From positions 78,461 through 142,460 of the forward strand of contig CACNFT010000003.1 of the NCBI GenBank assembly GCA_902619825.1: a DNA stretch of 64,000 nucleotides. The letters are read 5' to 3'. The translations under genes were made by a program, and so were the position numbers. This DNA is from an uncultured Candidatus Actinomarina sp. GTDB taxonomy: Bacteria; Actinomycetota; Acidimicrobiia; Actinomarinales; Actinomarinaceae. Below the pieces are notes generated by a model, which searched no databases, had not been told where the DNA came from, and saw only the letters and a program-made list of their open reading frames with translations. Position 1 is the first letter of the stretch, and each line of letters begins with the position of its first letter. Below are positions 37,567 through 47,614 of this stretch, piece by piece.

Positions 37567-39210
37567 ATGTACCAACTTAGAAAATTAGAAAATAATTTAG
37601 AATCTGTATTGAAGGAGTTCAATGTCACTGAAACAATTGATATTAAATTAACAAAAAATGAATCTTTCGATCTACAAATTAATAATCTTGTAAAGCATAA
37701 AGATAATCCAAATTTGAGTAAAATTATTGATAATTTTCAAAGAGAACTCGACAATGAACCATTTATTAAAAAATATGAAATAGGTGAAAAAAACTTTATA
37801 AACATTGAAATTAACTTAAACGAGTTTTTAAAAACTGTTGAGAATGTGCGTAACTTTATAAAAGTAACAAACCCGAAAAAGATTATTTTTGATTATGGTG
37901 GTCCAAATATTGGTAAACCGTTACATGTAGGCCATTTGAGATCATTAAATATTGGACGAAGTTTATATAATGTAAATAAATTAGCTGGTAATACAGTGCT
38001 AAGTGATATTCATATGGGTGACTGGGGTATGCCTATTGCTCAAATAATCCAATATGGAGTTGAAAATAAAATTAATTTTAAAAAAATAACAATTCAAGAA
38101 TTGGAAGAAATTTATCCAATTGCCTCAGATTTGTACTCAAAAAATAATGACTTTACTCAGCTAGCTCAAAATATAAATAAAAATTTAAACAACAATCAAA
38201 AAGATTTAATAACTAAATGGAAAAGCATAAAGGACACCTCCCTTAAATCCCTTGAATCAACTTTACATCAACTTAACCACAAATTTGATTTATGGAGAGG
38301 TGAAAGCGATGTTAATGATTTAATTCCGGATATGATAGAGGATTTAAAAAGTAAAAATAAAATTTCATTAGATGATGGAGCATATGTATCAGATTTAAAA
38401 ACGGATCCAAAAATTTTAATAACAAAATCTGATGGTAGCTATCTTTATCTGACAACTGATTTAGCTACGGTTCTTGATAGATTAGATAATTTTGAGTTTG
38501 ATAAAACCCTTTATATTGTCGATAAAAGACAAAAATTGCACTTTGAACAATTATTTTCGTCTTTAGAGTACTTTGATTTCCCTACAAAAGAATATGAGCA
38601 TGTATCATTCGGTACGGTCAATGATGCTGATGGAAACCCTTTCAAGACTAGAGAAGGTGGAACAAAAAAATTGACTGATCTTTATGATGAAACTTATCAA
38701 TATATAAAGACAATAAATAATGAGTTGGATGAGATTTCTCTAGGACTGCTAAGTAACACTGTACTTGCATATAGTGACCTAATTACAAATAGAAATACGG
38801 ATTATAAGTTTGATCTGGAAAAATTTACAAATGTAAATGGTAAAACAGGTGTTTATATTCAATATGCAAATGTAAGAGCACAGAAGTTAATCAATGATTC
38901 TTCACTAGAAGTTTCAGACTTTTCGATTTTGTCGGAGGAGTTAGACAATAATGATAAAAGTTTGCTTAGATCATTAATAAAATTTGAATTTTATTTTGAA
39001 CAAACAATTAAAAATAATGAGCCACACCACTTGGCAGATTATCTATACGAAATATCTCAAAAATTTAATGGTATGTATCAAGGAATAAATATTCTTGAAA
39101 ATGAAAATACTGTATTAAAAGAAAATAAGTTAAAAATTACAGATTTATTTCTTCAATACTCAAATTTGTTAATGGAATGCCTAGGTATCTTACCAGTCGA
39201 AAAGATGTAA
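37567..39210 (+). CDS. argS: Arginine--tRNA ligase
   Basis: PNIGKPLHVGHLRS, HMGDWG, KSDG.YLY.TTDLA, FKTREG and Y.QYA.VR motifs. Confidence 0.95.
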   Translation: MYQLRKLENNLESVLKEFNVTETIDIKLTKNESFDLQINNLVKHKDNPNLSKIIDNFQRELDNEPFIKKYEIGEKNFINIEINLNEFLKTVENVRNFIKVTNPKKIIFDYGGPNIGKPLHVGHLRSLNIGRSLYNVNKLAGNTVLSDIHMGDWGMPIAQIIQYGVENKINFKKITIQELEEIYPIASDLYSKNNDFTQLAQNINKNLNNNQKDLITKWKSIKDTSLKSLESTLHQLNHKFDLWRGESDVNDLIPDMIEDLKSKNKISLDDGAYVSDLKTDPKILITKSDGSYLYLTTDLATVLDRLDNFEFDKTLYIVDKRQKLHFEQLFSSLEYFDFPTKEYEHVSFGTVNDADGNPFKTREGGTKKLTDLYDETYQYIKTINNELDEISLGLLSNTVLAYSDLITNRNTDYKFDLEKFTNVNGKTGVYIQYANVRAQKLINDSSLEVSDFSILSEELDNNDKSLLRSLIKFEFYFEQTIKNNEPHHLADYLYEISQKFNGMYQGINILENENTVLKENKLKITDLFLQYSNLLMECLGILPVEKM

Positions 39211-39213
39211 AAA

Positions 39214-39756
39214 TTACAGAAATAATTGAGAAGACATCACCCAAACAAAAAGAGTAAAACCATATGAGAATTTCTCAGAAAAATTAATCCTTCTTGTTAG
39301 GTTATGTACGACAAACAATATCAGTGGTACGGTAATAAAACCAGAAAAAGAAACAGCTTTTCCAAGGTCAATAATATCGCTTATAATCTGATTTGAAGGA
39401 CTTAAGAAAAATTGAAAGATTACTAGAAAAGATAGTGAAGTAAAAATTACTAAAATTACATTAGTTAATAAATCCTTAAATGAAATATTGTAAATCTTAA
39501 AAGTATTTAAAAACTCTACTGGAATAAATAGAATAAAAATCGCAACACAAAATAGAATTAAAAACCAAAATAGGCCTTGTGCATTCCATGTAATAATATT
39601 TTTTTCAACAAGACCAGTGGATTCAAGAAGCAAATAAAATGAATAGCCAAGAACTAAAGAACCCAAGGAAAATAAATAGAGGCCAAATATACTGTAGAAA
39701 TATTTTTTCTCAAATGAAAATTTTATTATAGGATTATTTAAATTTTCATAATTCAT
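39214..39756 (-). CDS. Hypothetical integral membrane protein
   Basis: 180 aa with about 5 hydrophobic segments. Confidence 0.6.
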   Translation of the reverse strand: MNYENLNNPIIKFSFEKKYFYSIFGLYLFSLGSLVLGYSFYLLLESTGLVEKNIITWNAQGLFWFLILFCVAIFILFIPVEFLNTFKIYNISFKDLLTNVILVIFTSLSFLVIFQFFLSPSNQIISDIIDLGKAVSFSGFITVPLILFVVHNLTRRINFSEKFSYGFTLFVWVMSSQLFL

Positions 39757-39800
39757 ACTGTCATATATTAATAAAATTTATATTAAAATTAACCTTAATT

Positions 39801-40004
39801 ATGGAATTAATTGATACACCGAACCCCAATGCAAAAAAAATAATGACTGATTTAGATGAAAGTCTTCTTTTGAATGATTTGAATAACATTAACGGTATAT
39901 CATCTGTATTTTTTGGTCCTGGCTTCATTACAATATCTAAGTTGGAAGATGCAAAGTGGGAGATAATAACTCAAGAAATTAATAACTTATTTGATAAACT
40001 GTAG
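39801..40004 (+). CDS. NifU N-terminal (Nfu_N) domain protein
   Basis: TPNPNA.K, I.G..SVFFG..FIT..K and W..I motifs. Confidence 0.8.
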   Translation: MELIDTPNPNAKKIMTDLDESLLLNDLNNINGISSVFFGPGFITISKLEDAKWEIITQEINNLFDKL

Positions 40005-40006
40005 AC

Positions 40007-40615
40007 ATGGAAACATTTAATGAAGATCCAAAACCAGGTAGACTCGTTCTTCCATTGGTGTTGATAGGTATGATTGCAACAACTTATACTTTTATTAATC
40101 GAGTCTCCACAAACAACAACTTAGAAATTGAACCTGTTGTTGAAGATGTTGTTGAAGCTGTAGAAGATGAGCCAGAAGAAGAGACAACTACTACAACTAC
40201 TACTACATTGCCTGACGAGGTAATTACATATTTAGAGGAAATTTCATCCGAAAAAATACAATCTATTGATCTTGCAACAAAAGTTCTTGAGGCAAACGAT
40301 AGGTGGGATAATGAGGAAGTTTCGTATCAAGAAGCAAAAGATGAATTTGCAAATTTTATTGAGGATGCAGAACAGTTTGTATCTACAGTCACTGAACCAG
40401 GACCGCCCACAACATTTGCTGGATTAGTTAAAAGCCACGAGGAACTAAAAGCTTTGGTAGAACTTATTTATATTGACTCCCAAGAACTTTTAGAGGGTTT
40501 AACTTCGTCTGACACTGGAGAGCGTAGAGCTGCAGCATTAGATTCTTTCAACAGTAATATAAACCAATTTCAAGAAAAAATTGAGGAAATAGTAGCTACT
40601 AATACCTCAGGCTAA
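40007..40615 (+). CDS. Membrane-anchored hypothetical protein with poly-Thr linker
   Basis: N-terminal TM helix, EETTTTTTTTLP linker, helical acidic C-terminus. Confidence 0.65.
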   Translation: METFNEDPKPGRLVLPLVLIGMIATTYTFINRVSTNNNLEIEPVVEDVVEAVEDEPEEETTTTTTTTLPDEVITYLEEISSEKIQSIDLATKVLEANDRWDNEEVSYQEAKDEFANFIEDAEQFVSTVTEPGPPTTFAGLVKSHEELKALVELIYIDSQELLEGLTSSDTGERRAAALDSFNSNINQFQEKIEEIVATNTSG

Positions 40616-41644
40616 TTAGCTCGATGCTGCAGAACAGACAGTATCAATCATTACTGTTGCAATGACATAAGGATCTGCGTTTGCGTTTGGTCTTCTATCC
40701 TCTAAATAACCCTTTTTATCTACTTCAACTTGCCATGGAATCCTAATGGAAGCTCCTCTGTCACTTACACCATAAGAAAAAGTATCAAATCTTTGAGTCT
40801 CATGGTCTCCAGTGAGACGATCCTCTATACCTGCACCATAGTTTTGAACATGAAATTCAGCATTTTTACCCAAAGCCTCACATCCTGCAACTATTGCATC
40901 GTATCCACCGTCTTCACGCATTTGTTTTGTAGAGAAGTTTGTATGCATACCTGCACCATTCCAATCTCCTTTTACAGGCTTAGGAGTAAGAGTTGCAGAA
41001 ATGTTATAGTCTTCAGCAATCCTATACAAAAGCCATCTTGCAATCCATATTTGATCACCAATGTCAGGTGCACCTACTGGACCAATTTGGAATTCCCATT
41101 GTCCTGGCATAACTTCTGCATTTGTTCCAGATATATTTAACCCAGCTTCCATACAAGCAGTTGCATGATCTTCAGAAATTGAACGACCATAAACTTCATC
41201 TGCTCCAACACCACAGTAATAACCGCCTTGGGGAGCTGGATAACCTGAAGGAGGGAATCCTAAAGGTTGTCCATATTTTAAGGAATCATATGATTGTTCA
41301 TAAAATGTGTATTCTTGTTCTAAGCCAAACATAGGTTCAAACTCAGAAAAGTTTTCGGCTGAAGCAACACACGCTGCTCTTGTGTTTGAAGCATGTGGTG
41401 TCATGTCAACATTTAATACCTCACACATTACTAGTATGTTGTCTCCACCTCTTATGGGGTCTGGAAATTGTGATACAGGTTTCAAAACACAGTCAGATTG
41501 ATCTCCAGTTGCTTGTTCGGTACTTGAACCATCAAATCCCCAAATTGGAGGTTCGGTCCCTTGGTCCATAATTTTGGTTTTACTTCTTAACTTTGCAGTC
41601 GGTGTTTTACCGTCTATCCATATGTATTCTGCTTTAATTTTCAT
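40616..41644 (-). CDS. glnII: Glutamine synthetase type II
   Basis: AEYIWIDG, LRSKT, WGFDGSST.QA, NAEVMPGQWEFQIG, GDWNGAG.HTNFST, RLTG.HET and EDRRP; 342 aa. Confidence 0.93.
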   Translation of the reverse strand: MKIKAEYIWIDGKTPTAKLRSKTKIMDQGTEPPIWGFDGSSTEQATGDQSDCVLKPVSQFPDPIRGGDNILVMCEVLNVDMTPHASNTRAACVASAENFSEFEPMFGLEQEYTFYEQSYDSLKYGQPLGFPPSGYPAPQGGYYCGVGADEVYGRSISEDHATACMEAGLNISGTNAEVMPGQWEFQIGPVGAPDIGDQIWIARWLLYRIAEDYNISATLTPKPVKGDWNGAGMHTNFSTKQMREDGGYDAIVAGCEALGKNAEFHVQNYGAGIEDRLTGDHETQRFDTFSYGVSDRGASIRIPWQVEVDKKGYLEDRRPNANADPYVIATVMIDTVCSAASS

Positions 41645-41738
41645 TGTTTTTAATACCTCTTTTAATATTCTCGTTAATAATGTAGTATTTATTTAAAATA
41701 TTGGTTACTTGGAAATATTAAATATTTGTTTCAAGATT

Positions 41739-42368
41739 ATGGTAAAAGCGTATATAAATGTAGAGAAAGAGCATGAAAAGGTAATATCGTGCCTAGATTC
41801 TTATGATTTGAATTCGGTTGATTTGACTAAAATAGCCACTCAAAATGAGGTTCACTTAGTGTGTACGTCTTTTTCTATGTATGGAAAAACCAAAAAAAAC
41901 CTATCTGACATTGAAACAGCTTCAAAACCTATCCCTGAACTAATAATTGCTAATGAAGATGAATTTAAACAGAGTATCGATTTAATTAAAAATCCAAAAA
42001 TTGAGGTAATATCAGATGATTGTAAGGAAGAGGAAGTAATTGCAAGATTTCAATCTTTAATTGGAGATAGTTCATCAGAAAAAATTGAGTTTGACGATCT
42101 TGTAATTAATTTGAAAACTTACGAAGCTAAAGTCGACGATCAATTATTAGATTTAACCTTTATGGAATATGAATTGTTAAAGTTCTTCGTTGAGAATCAA
42201 GAAAATGTCTGGTCAAGAGAAGAGTTATTAGAAAAAGTATGGGGATATGATTATTTTGGAGGGGCTAGAACAGTAGACGTTCATGTTAGAAGACTTAGGT
42301 CAAAGTTAGGTGAAAAAAGATCTGATTGGATAAAAACAGTACATTCAGTTGGATATAAATTTAACTAA
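41739..42368 (+). CDS. glnR: OmpR-type winged-helix regulator, GlnR-like with degenerate receiver
   Basis: LDLTFMEYELLKF...SREELL.KVWGYDYFGGARTVDVHVRRLRSKLG resembles actinobacterial GlnR; divergent from glnII. ATG 41739 preferred to TTG 41709. Confidence 0.65.
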   Translation: MVKAYINVEKEHEKVISCLDSYDLNSVDLTKIATQNEVHLVCTSFSMYGKTKKNLSDIETASKPIPELIIANEDEFKQSIDLIKNPKIEVISDDCKEEEVIARFQSLIGDSSSEKIEFDDLVINLKTYEAKVDDQLLDLTFMEYELLKFFVENQENVWSREELLEKVWGYDYFGGARTVDVHVRRLRSKLGEKRSDWIKTVHSVGYKFN

Positions 42369-42708
42369 AACTGTCTCCACATCCACAAGTTCTCGTTGCA
42401 TTTGGGTTGTCGATTGAAAATCCAGTCTCCATTAACCCTTCTTTATAATCTAAAGTTGATCCCTTGATGTGCTCAAGACTTTGTGAATCTATACCAATAT
42501 CCACCCCTTCATATGACTCGAAAACATCATTTTGGAGTTTTTCTGTATCGAAGAACATTTCATAGGATAATCCAGAGCAGCCACCTGGCTTAACTCCCAT
42601 TCTTAGAAAGCTATCTTCATTAGATTCTTCAGCTTTGAGTTCAACTAGCTTTTTTACAGCACTATCTGTTGCTAGAACTGAGCGTGATGATTTGATTTGT
42701 ATATCCAT
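42361..42708 (-). CDS. HesB/IscA/ErpA-family Fe-S cluster assembly accessory protein
   Basis: GGCSGLSY and NPNA..TCGCG.SF motifs. Confidence 0.92.
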   Translation of the reverse strand: MDIQIKSSRSVLATDSAVKKLVELKAEESNEDSFLRMGVKPGGCSGLSYEMFFDTEKLQNDVFESYEGVDIGIDSQSLEHIKGSTLDYKEGLMETGFSIDNPNATRTCGCGDSFS

Positions 42709-42815
42709 AGTTTAATTATACCGTATATCAAATTATTCAAAAAATTTATTATTACATGAAATTTTTTCACTTTAAGATATAAACATGAGTTTTAAACCTA
42801 TAAAAGCAGCAATAT

Positions 42816-44111
42816 ATGGATAAAATATCTGTAAATAAGCTGGTCGAGGAAGTTGAATCTAATCTTCCTAGGGAAATAATAGTTTCAATAGCTCAAAGTT
42901 GTCTTAATGAAAAAAAGGACAGTCAGACAACTATTAAGAAATTTGAAAACGAAGTATATAAATATACATTAAAAGTTCAAAAAAAAGTTATCAACTGTAC
43001 TGGGACATTGTTACATACGAACCTTGGAAGAGCACAAACTGATATTAACTTTAATGGAGAAAGCACGAATGTGGAATACGATATTTTGAATAACAGAAGA
43101 GGTGTGAGAAATGAATTTTTAAATGAATCTATGAACTTGCTTCTAGGTTCTGAAGATGTTTGCTTTGTCAACAATAATGCATCATCGCTTTATATAACAC
43201 TAAAGACATTAAAAAATATTTATGGTAAAAAATCACTAATAATTTCCAGAGGAGAAATAATTGAAATCGGTGGATCTTACAGACTTCCGGAAATAATTCA
43301 AGAAACAGGCTTAAAAATGGTCGAGGTCGGAACAACAAATAAAACAAGAATAACTGACTACAAGAAAGCTCTAAAAGATAATAAAGATTCTTTAATTTTA
43401 AAAGTTCATAGGTCAAATTTTTCAATTGATGGTTTTGTAGAGGAAGTCAATTTGAAGGATTTAAAATCTTTGACCGAAAAAGAAAATAGTATTTTAATTC
43501 ATGATCTTGGAAGTGGGCTAGTTGCAAGTAGAAAATTTCTAGAAAAAGAAAATATTGATATTTTTGATGACGAGCCAACAGTGCAGGAATCATTGATACA
43601 AGGTGCAGATTTAGTCATGTTTTCAGGCGATAAACTATTTGGATCTTTACAGTCTGGAGTAATAGCTGGAGATAAAAAAATTATTCAATCAATAAAGGAG
43701 TCTCCTTTATTCAGAACATACCGTTGTTCCCCGTTAACTCTTTTTGAACTTCAAGAAACTACAAATCGATATGTATCCAAAAAAGAAATAGAAATACCAT
43801 TATGGAAAATGATTGCAATGAAATATGAGGATTTAGAAAATAGAATCAAAAGTGTATCTGAAAATCTTGAAATAAAACATGAAGTTGTAAATGATAATTC
43901 TGTAATGGGTGGTGGAACTTTACCAAATAAGTCTATATCTACACCAGTAATACAAATAAGTGAACTAGAAAATCCAGACCTGATGAGAAAACTAATGGGC
44001 AATGAGGTCCCAATAATTCCTAGAATTAATAAAAACAATATAATAATTGATCTAAGAAGCAGTTCAGAAAAAAACGACATATACATCAAAGATTTTTTTA
44101 CTAAGTTATGA
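42816..44111 (+). CDS. selA: L-seryl-tRNA(Sec) selenium transferase
   Basis: VINCTG..LHTNLGRA, VNNNA, SRGE..EIGGS.R.P, EVGTTNKT, KVH.SNF, DLGSG and PLP lysine FSGDKL. Confidence 0.92.
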   Translation: MDKISVNKLVEEVESNLPREIIVSIAQSCLNEKKDSQTTIKKFENEVYKYTLKVQKKVINCTGTLLHTNLGRAQTDINFNGESTNVEYDILNNRRGVRNEFLNESMNLLLGSEDVCFVNNNASSLYITLKTLKNIYGKKSLIISRGEIIEIGGSYRLPEIIQETGLKMVEVGTTNKTRITDYKKALKDNKDSLILKVHRSNFSIDGFVEEVNLKDLKSLTEKENSILIHDLGSGLVASRKFLEKENIDIFDDEPTVQESLIQGADLVMFSGDKLFGSLQSGVIAGDKKIIQSIKESPLFRTYRCSPLTLFELQETTNRYVSKKEIEIPLWKMIAMKYEDLENRIKSVSENLEIKHEVVNDNSVMGGGTLPNKSISTPVIQISELENPDLMRKLMGNEVPIIPRINKNNIIIDLRSSSEKNDIYIKDFFTKL

Positions 44112-45787
44112 CAGTCATTGCTACCGCTGGACATGTAGATCATGGAAAATCAACATTTGTAAATTTTTTAACACAACAAGAAACTGATAGGTTGCCCGAA
44201 GAAAAAAAAAGGGGCCTCACTATAAATTTAGGTTATACCTATTTTACAATTGAAGACAAGACATATTCAATAGTTGATGTTCCTGGTCATAAAGATTTTT
44301 ATAAAAACACAATATCTGGATTTGCTAATGCAGATGTAATTCTATTTATAATAGATTCAATTCAAAACTGGTCTGAGCAGTCTGAACAGCATTTTCAATC
44401 ATTAACTTCACTTAACAAAAAGAATTTTATATTTGTATTTACGAAAATTGATCTACTTGAAGGTGAGGTGAAAAAAGAATTCTTAAATGAAAAACTAAAT
44501 AATCATCAAGATATTAATTACCTCATTTTGGAGTTCAACAAAGAGACCTCAAACAGGAAAGTGTTTTGCGCGTCGATTCATAATTATATTAAAACCTGTA
44601 AATTTGAGGAAAAAACACCACGACTATGGATCGATAGAAGCTTCACAATTGATGGAACTGGAAAAGTTATTACCGGTACAGCAACTAAAGGACTTGATTA
44701 TGAAAATATTATTTACAATTTACATAATGAAAAGCTTCAAATAAAAGAAGTTCAAAGCAAAAATCAGAAGAATGATAAAAATGATCTAACAAAAAGGGTG
44801 GCATTGTCTTTAAAAAAAACAAACAAAAATATTCCCAGAAGAGGCGACCTACTTTCAAATGAAGAAATTACTTTTTCAAGCAATTTATTCATCAAATTAA
44901 ATAATAAAGATGTGGATAGATCGATTTTAAAAGGAACGTTAAGAATTTTTTTTGGAACAAATAATGCACATATATCGAAGATAAAATTTATAAATTCTGA
45001 AAAAGAGACTTTCGCTATTTTAAGTCTAACCAAAGCGGTACCGATTCCAATTTTTGAGAACCTACTAATTGAAAATGTAGATAGAAATAAATATATCGGT
45101 GGAAAGTTCCTCCTATTTCCTGATAAAAACCAATTTTTAAAGTTGAACAATAAAATTAAGAACAAAGTCAAAATAAATAATTTATTAGATATTTTTGACT
45201 TTTTAGATATAAAATTCTTCGAAAATAATAAAGAATTCAAACAAATAGAAAATTTATTTGTCAATGAATCGGTTCTTGAGAAAATTTTTGAAGACTTACA
45301 AAATAATATAGATTCAATAAATAAAACTGGTGTAAAAGATTTCTTTCAAAATAACTATCAAATATCGCCAGATATATTGGAACAACTAATTAAAGGTAAA
45401 GAGAATATAACAATATCAAATAATCAAATAATTAAAAAAATACATAACTCTGAAGCTCTAGAAAATCAATATATAAAAATTAAAGAACTACTTGGTAAAG
45501 CATTGGATGTAAATATTATCAACACAAAAGATTTTGATAGGAATAATTTAAGAGATCTTTTTTTATCAGAAAAAATTTACAGGGTTGATTCTAAAATCAT
45601 TATCTCTGATGTACATTTGAAACAATTAGTTAAAATTATCGAATTAATGCCTGATGAATTCTCTGTAAAAGAATTTAAAGATAAAACTAGTCTTTCTAGA
45701 AAGTATGCAATTCCTTATCTGGAGTTGCTTGACAAGATTGGCGTAACCCAAAAAATTGATAAGGTAGGATCAAGAAAAAAACTTTAG
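44108..45787 (+). CDS. selB: Selenocysteine-specific elongation factor
   Basis: TAGHVDHGKS, DRLPEEK.RG.TI.LG, DVPGH, IDR.F...G.G.V.TGT and C-terminal winged-helix SRKYAIP.LE.LD; coupled to selA. Confidence 0.9.
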   Translation: MTVIATAGHVDHGKSTFVNFLTQQETDRLPEEKKRGLTINLGYTYFTIEDKTYSIVDVPGHKDFYKNTISGFANADVILFIIDSIQNWSEQSEQHFQSLTSLNKKNFIFVFTKIDLLEGEVKKEFLNEKLNNHQDINYLILEFNKETSNRKVFCASIHNYIKTCKFEEKTPRLWIDRSFTIDGTGKVITGTATKGLDYENIIYNLHNEKLQIKEVQSKNQKNDKNDLTKRVALSLKKTNKNIPRRGDLLSNEEITFSSNLFIKLNNKDVDRSILKGTLRIFFGTNNAHISKIKFINSEKETFAILSLTKAVPIPIFENLLIENVDRNKYIGGKFLLFPDKNQFLKLNNKIKNKVKINNLLDIFDFLDIKFFENNKEFKQIENLFVNESVLEKIFEDLQNNIDSINKTGVKDFFQNNYQISPDILEQLIKGKENITISNNQIIKKIHNSEALENQYIKIKELLGKALDVNIINTKDFDRNNLRDLFLSEKIYRVDSKIIISDVHLKQLVKIIELMPDEFSVKEFKDKTSLSRKYAIPYLELLDKIGVTQKIDKVGSRKKL

Positions 45788-46038
45788 GAAAATATTAAGT
45801 TTCGTTTTCTTTCGACTTCGTTTAATCCTCCCCAGATTCCAAAAGGTTCTTCAATCTCTTTAGCTTCTTCTAAGCAATTGACTTTAACAGGGCAGCCATT
45901 ACAAACAGCTTTTGCTTTTGCCTCTCTTTTTTCTCTATCTTCTTTTTTTTCAAAAGTGGCAGGAGGAAAGAATAAATTTGAACTATGTTGCCTACAGAGA
46001 GCATTGTATTGCCAGGTTGAAATTTTTATTTCTAACAT
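45784..46038 (-). CDS. whiB: WhiB-family Fe-S transcriptional regulator (WhiB3/WhiD-like)
   Basis: W...ALC, FF, AKAVC..CPV...C and EP.GIWGGL.E.ER; four Cys. Confidence 0.9.
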   Translation of the reverse strand: MLEIKISTWQYNALCRQHSSNLFFPPATFEKKEDREKREAKAKAVCNGCPVKVNCLEEAKEIEEPFGIWGGLNEVERKRNLIFS

Positions 46039-46102
46039 ATAGGAACGTTATTTCAAAAAAAATAAATGGCAAAAGGTTTTTTTCGCGAAGTTTTATGGTT
46101 AT

Positions 46103-47221
46103 TTAGATGTAAAGATTTCCATCTTTTTCCAAGAAGATATAATCTTGTTTTTCCTTATAAGACTTATCTAGTTCTAAATTAACCCTAAGCTTTGTATCTT
46201 TATATCGAACAAGGCCTATGTCAGATTCTAGAATTTCTATTAATTCACACTCTTTATCAACCAAAGAAGTTCCGCCACTTGTATCAGTGGTAAGCCTTGA
46301 TCTTATAACAGTCGGTATTGCTACAAAATAAAATAATGCGAGAGCAACTGAGACTAAAAATAAAAGTAGGAAATTTACACTAATTTGATAATTTCTAAAC
46401 ATCACAAATGAAGAAATAAAAAGAACTAGGAATGCTACTACTCCAAGAATTGAAAAATAACCTCTTGATAAGATTTTTATATACATTAAAAATGAAATAC
46501 CAAATATAAGAATTCCATAATAATTTATTCCAAACTCTTGAAATGGCAAAGTAGAAGATATTACAAGTAGTGACCCTACAACTGCCATCAAACCTGGTCC
46601 TATAGCAAATAGTTCAAGACCAATTAATGCAAAGCCTAGAACAAAAAACATGTATGTGAATATTGGATTTGAAATAGCAATATAGAAGCGCTCAAACAAT
46701 GAGGGTTTAAAAAATTCGATTGATTGATCGGATACAACAAAATCTATATTCTCAATAAATGATCCAAGTGTTCCAACAATTAAATAATTATCGTATATTC
46801 CTTCGTTTGAAGAAACAAAAATTTTTCTTTCTTCAAGATTACAAATATTAATCGTACAATATTTTTTTTCTACTGATTCATCAAAACTTACATTTTTAAT
46901 TTCTAGTCCTGGAGAAAAGCCAATGTAATCAAAATTGTCGAGTTGTTTAAAATCTACAGATATTTTATATGGACCAAACCAAACTCCTATTGGAAAATCA
47001 TATCCTGATAATAAGCTATTTAATTCTGCAATACTCTCAGCACTTCCTTCTTTAGAGCTATATTGAAGAATTAATAAATCATTTTCTGTGTATTCATACT
47101 CCTCAATGTGGTCTTCAAGCGCGTTTATATGGGCATTGGAAAAAATGCCTTCTATTTCGAAAATATTTAATTGCGCAGTTCCAACCGCTGCAAAAATTAA
47201 GGTAGAAATTAAATATGTCAT
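46103..47221 (-). CDS. NfeD-like membrane protein
   Basis: Degenerate N-terminal domain, NP...Y.....G.....EL...G.G TM block and short C-terminal OB-like tail. Confidence 0.6.
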   Translation of the reverse strand: MTYLISTLIFAAVGTAQLNIFEIEGIFSNAHINALEDHIEEYEYTENDLLILQYSSKEGSAESIAELNSLLSGYDFPIGVWFGPYKISVDFKQLDNFDYIGFSPGLEIKNVSFDESVEKKYCTINICNLEERKIFVSSNEGIYDNYLIVGTLGSFIENIDFVVSDQSIEFFKPSLFERFYIAISNPIFTYMFFVLGFALIGLELFAIGPGLMAVVGSLLVISSTLPFQEFGINYYGILIFGISFLMYIKILSRGYFSILGVVAFLVLFISSFVMFRNYQISVNFLLLFLVSVALALFYFVAIPTVIRSRLTTDTSGGTSLVDKECELIEILESDIGLVRYKDTKLRVNLELDKSYKEKQDYIFLEKDGNLYI

Positions 47222-47259
47222 TATTATTTAAAATTACAGAATAGTATGCTTTTAAAACT

Positions 47260-47589
47260 GTGAAAATTTTAATTTATAGTGACAATCAATGGGTAATAGA
47301 ATCTATTGAAAAATATATTGATTTTGATTATGAATTACTCGAAAATATTGAATTAGAAAGTTTAAATCAACGCATAGACTATATATTTGTCGACATGCAA
47401 GTTAAAAATAATGGTGGACCATCAATAATTAAAGAATTGAAAAGGCACAAAATTACTATGAACACACCCATAGCATTAATAGCAGACAGGGAAGCCGACG
47501 AATTTCAAGCAAAAAGAGTAGGTGCTGATTTTTTTGCAGTAAAACCAGTATCAAAAACTAAATTAAATAAATTCTTTAATTTAACTTAA
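47260..47589 (+). CDS. Stand-alone response-regulator receiver domain
   Basis: IFVDMQ....GG, TPI..I and GAD.F..KP motifs. Confidence 0.7.
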   Translation: MKILIYSDNQWVIESIEKYIDFDYELLENIELESLNQRIDYIFVDMQVKNNGGPSIIKELKRHKITMNTPIALIADREADEFQAKRVGADFFAVKPVSKTKLNKFFNLT

Positions 47590-47614
47590 AATCCTCTAGA
47601 ATCATATATACAAA

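Noticed and set aside
40184-40207. ACT/ACA trinucleotide-like repeat
   Set aside because: Encodes a poly-Thr protein linker, not a mobile or regulatory repeat
41645-41738. GlnR box in the glnII-glnR spacer (GTTAC 41704, GTTTC 41728)
   Set aside because: The half-sites are not at the 11-bp periodicity of GTNAC-N6-GAAAC; unsupported
42361-42708. HesB-like selenoprotein next to selA; also the AhpC-type protein at 52880
   Set aside because: All active-site positions are Cys codons; no in-frame TGA
42785-42823. 12-codon ORF overlapping the selA start as a leader peptide
   Set aside because: No Sec, Cys or other informative codon pattern and no structure; likely chance
45788-46102. tRNA-Sec (selC) near selAB
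   Set aside because: No GC-rich cloverleaf with a TCA anticodon found in the adjacent intergenic DNA
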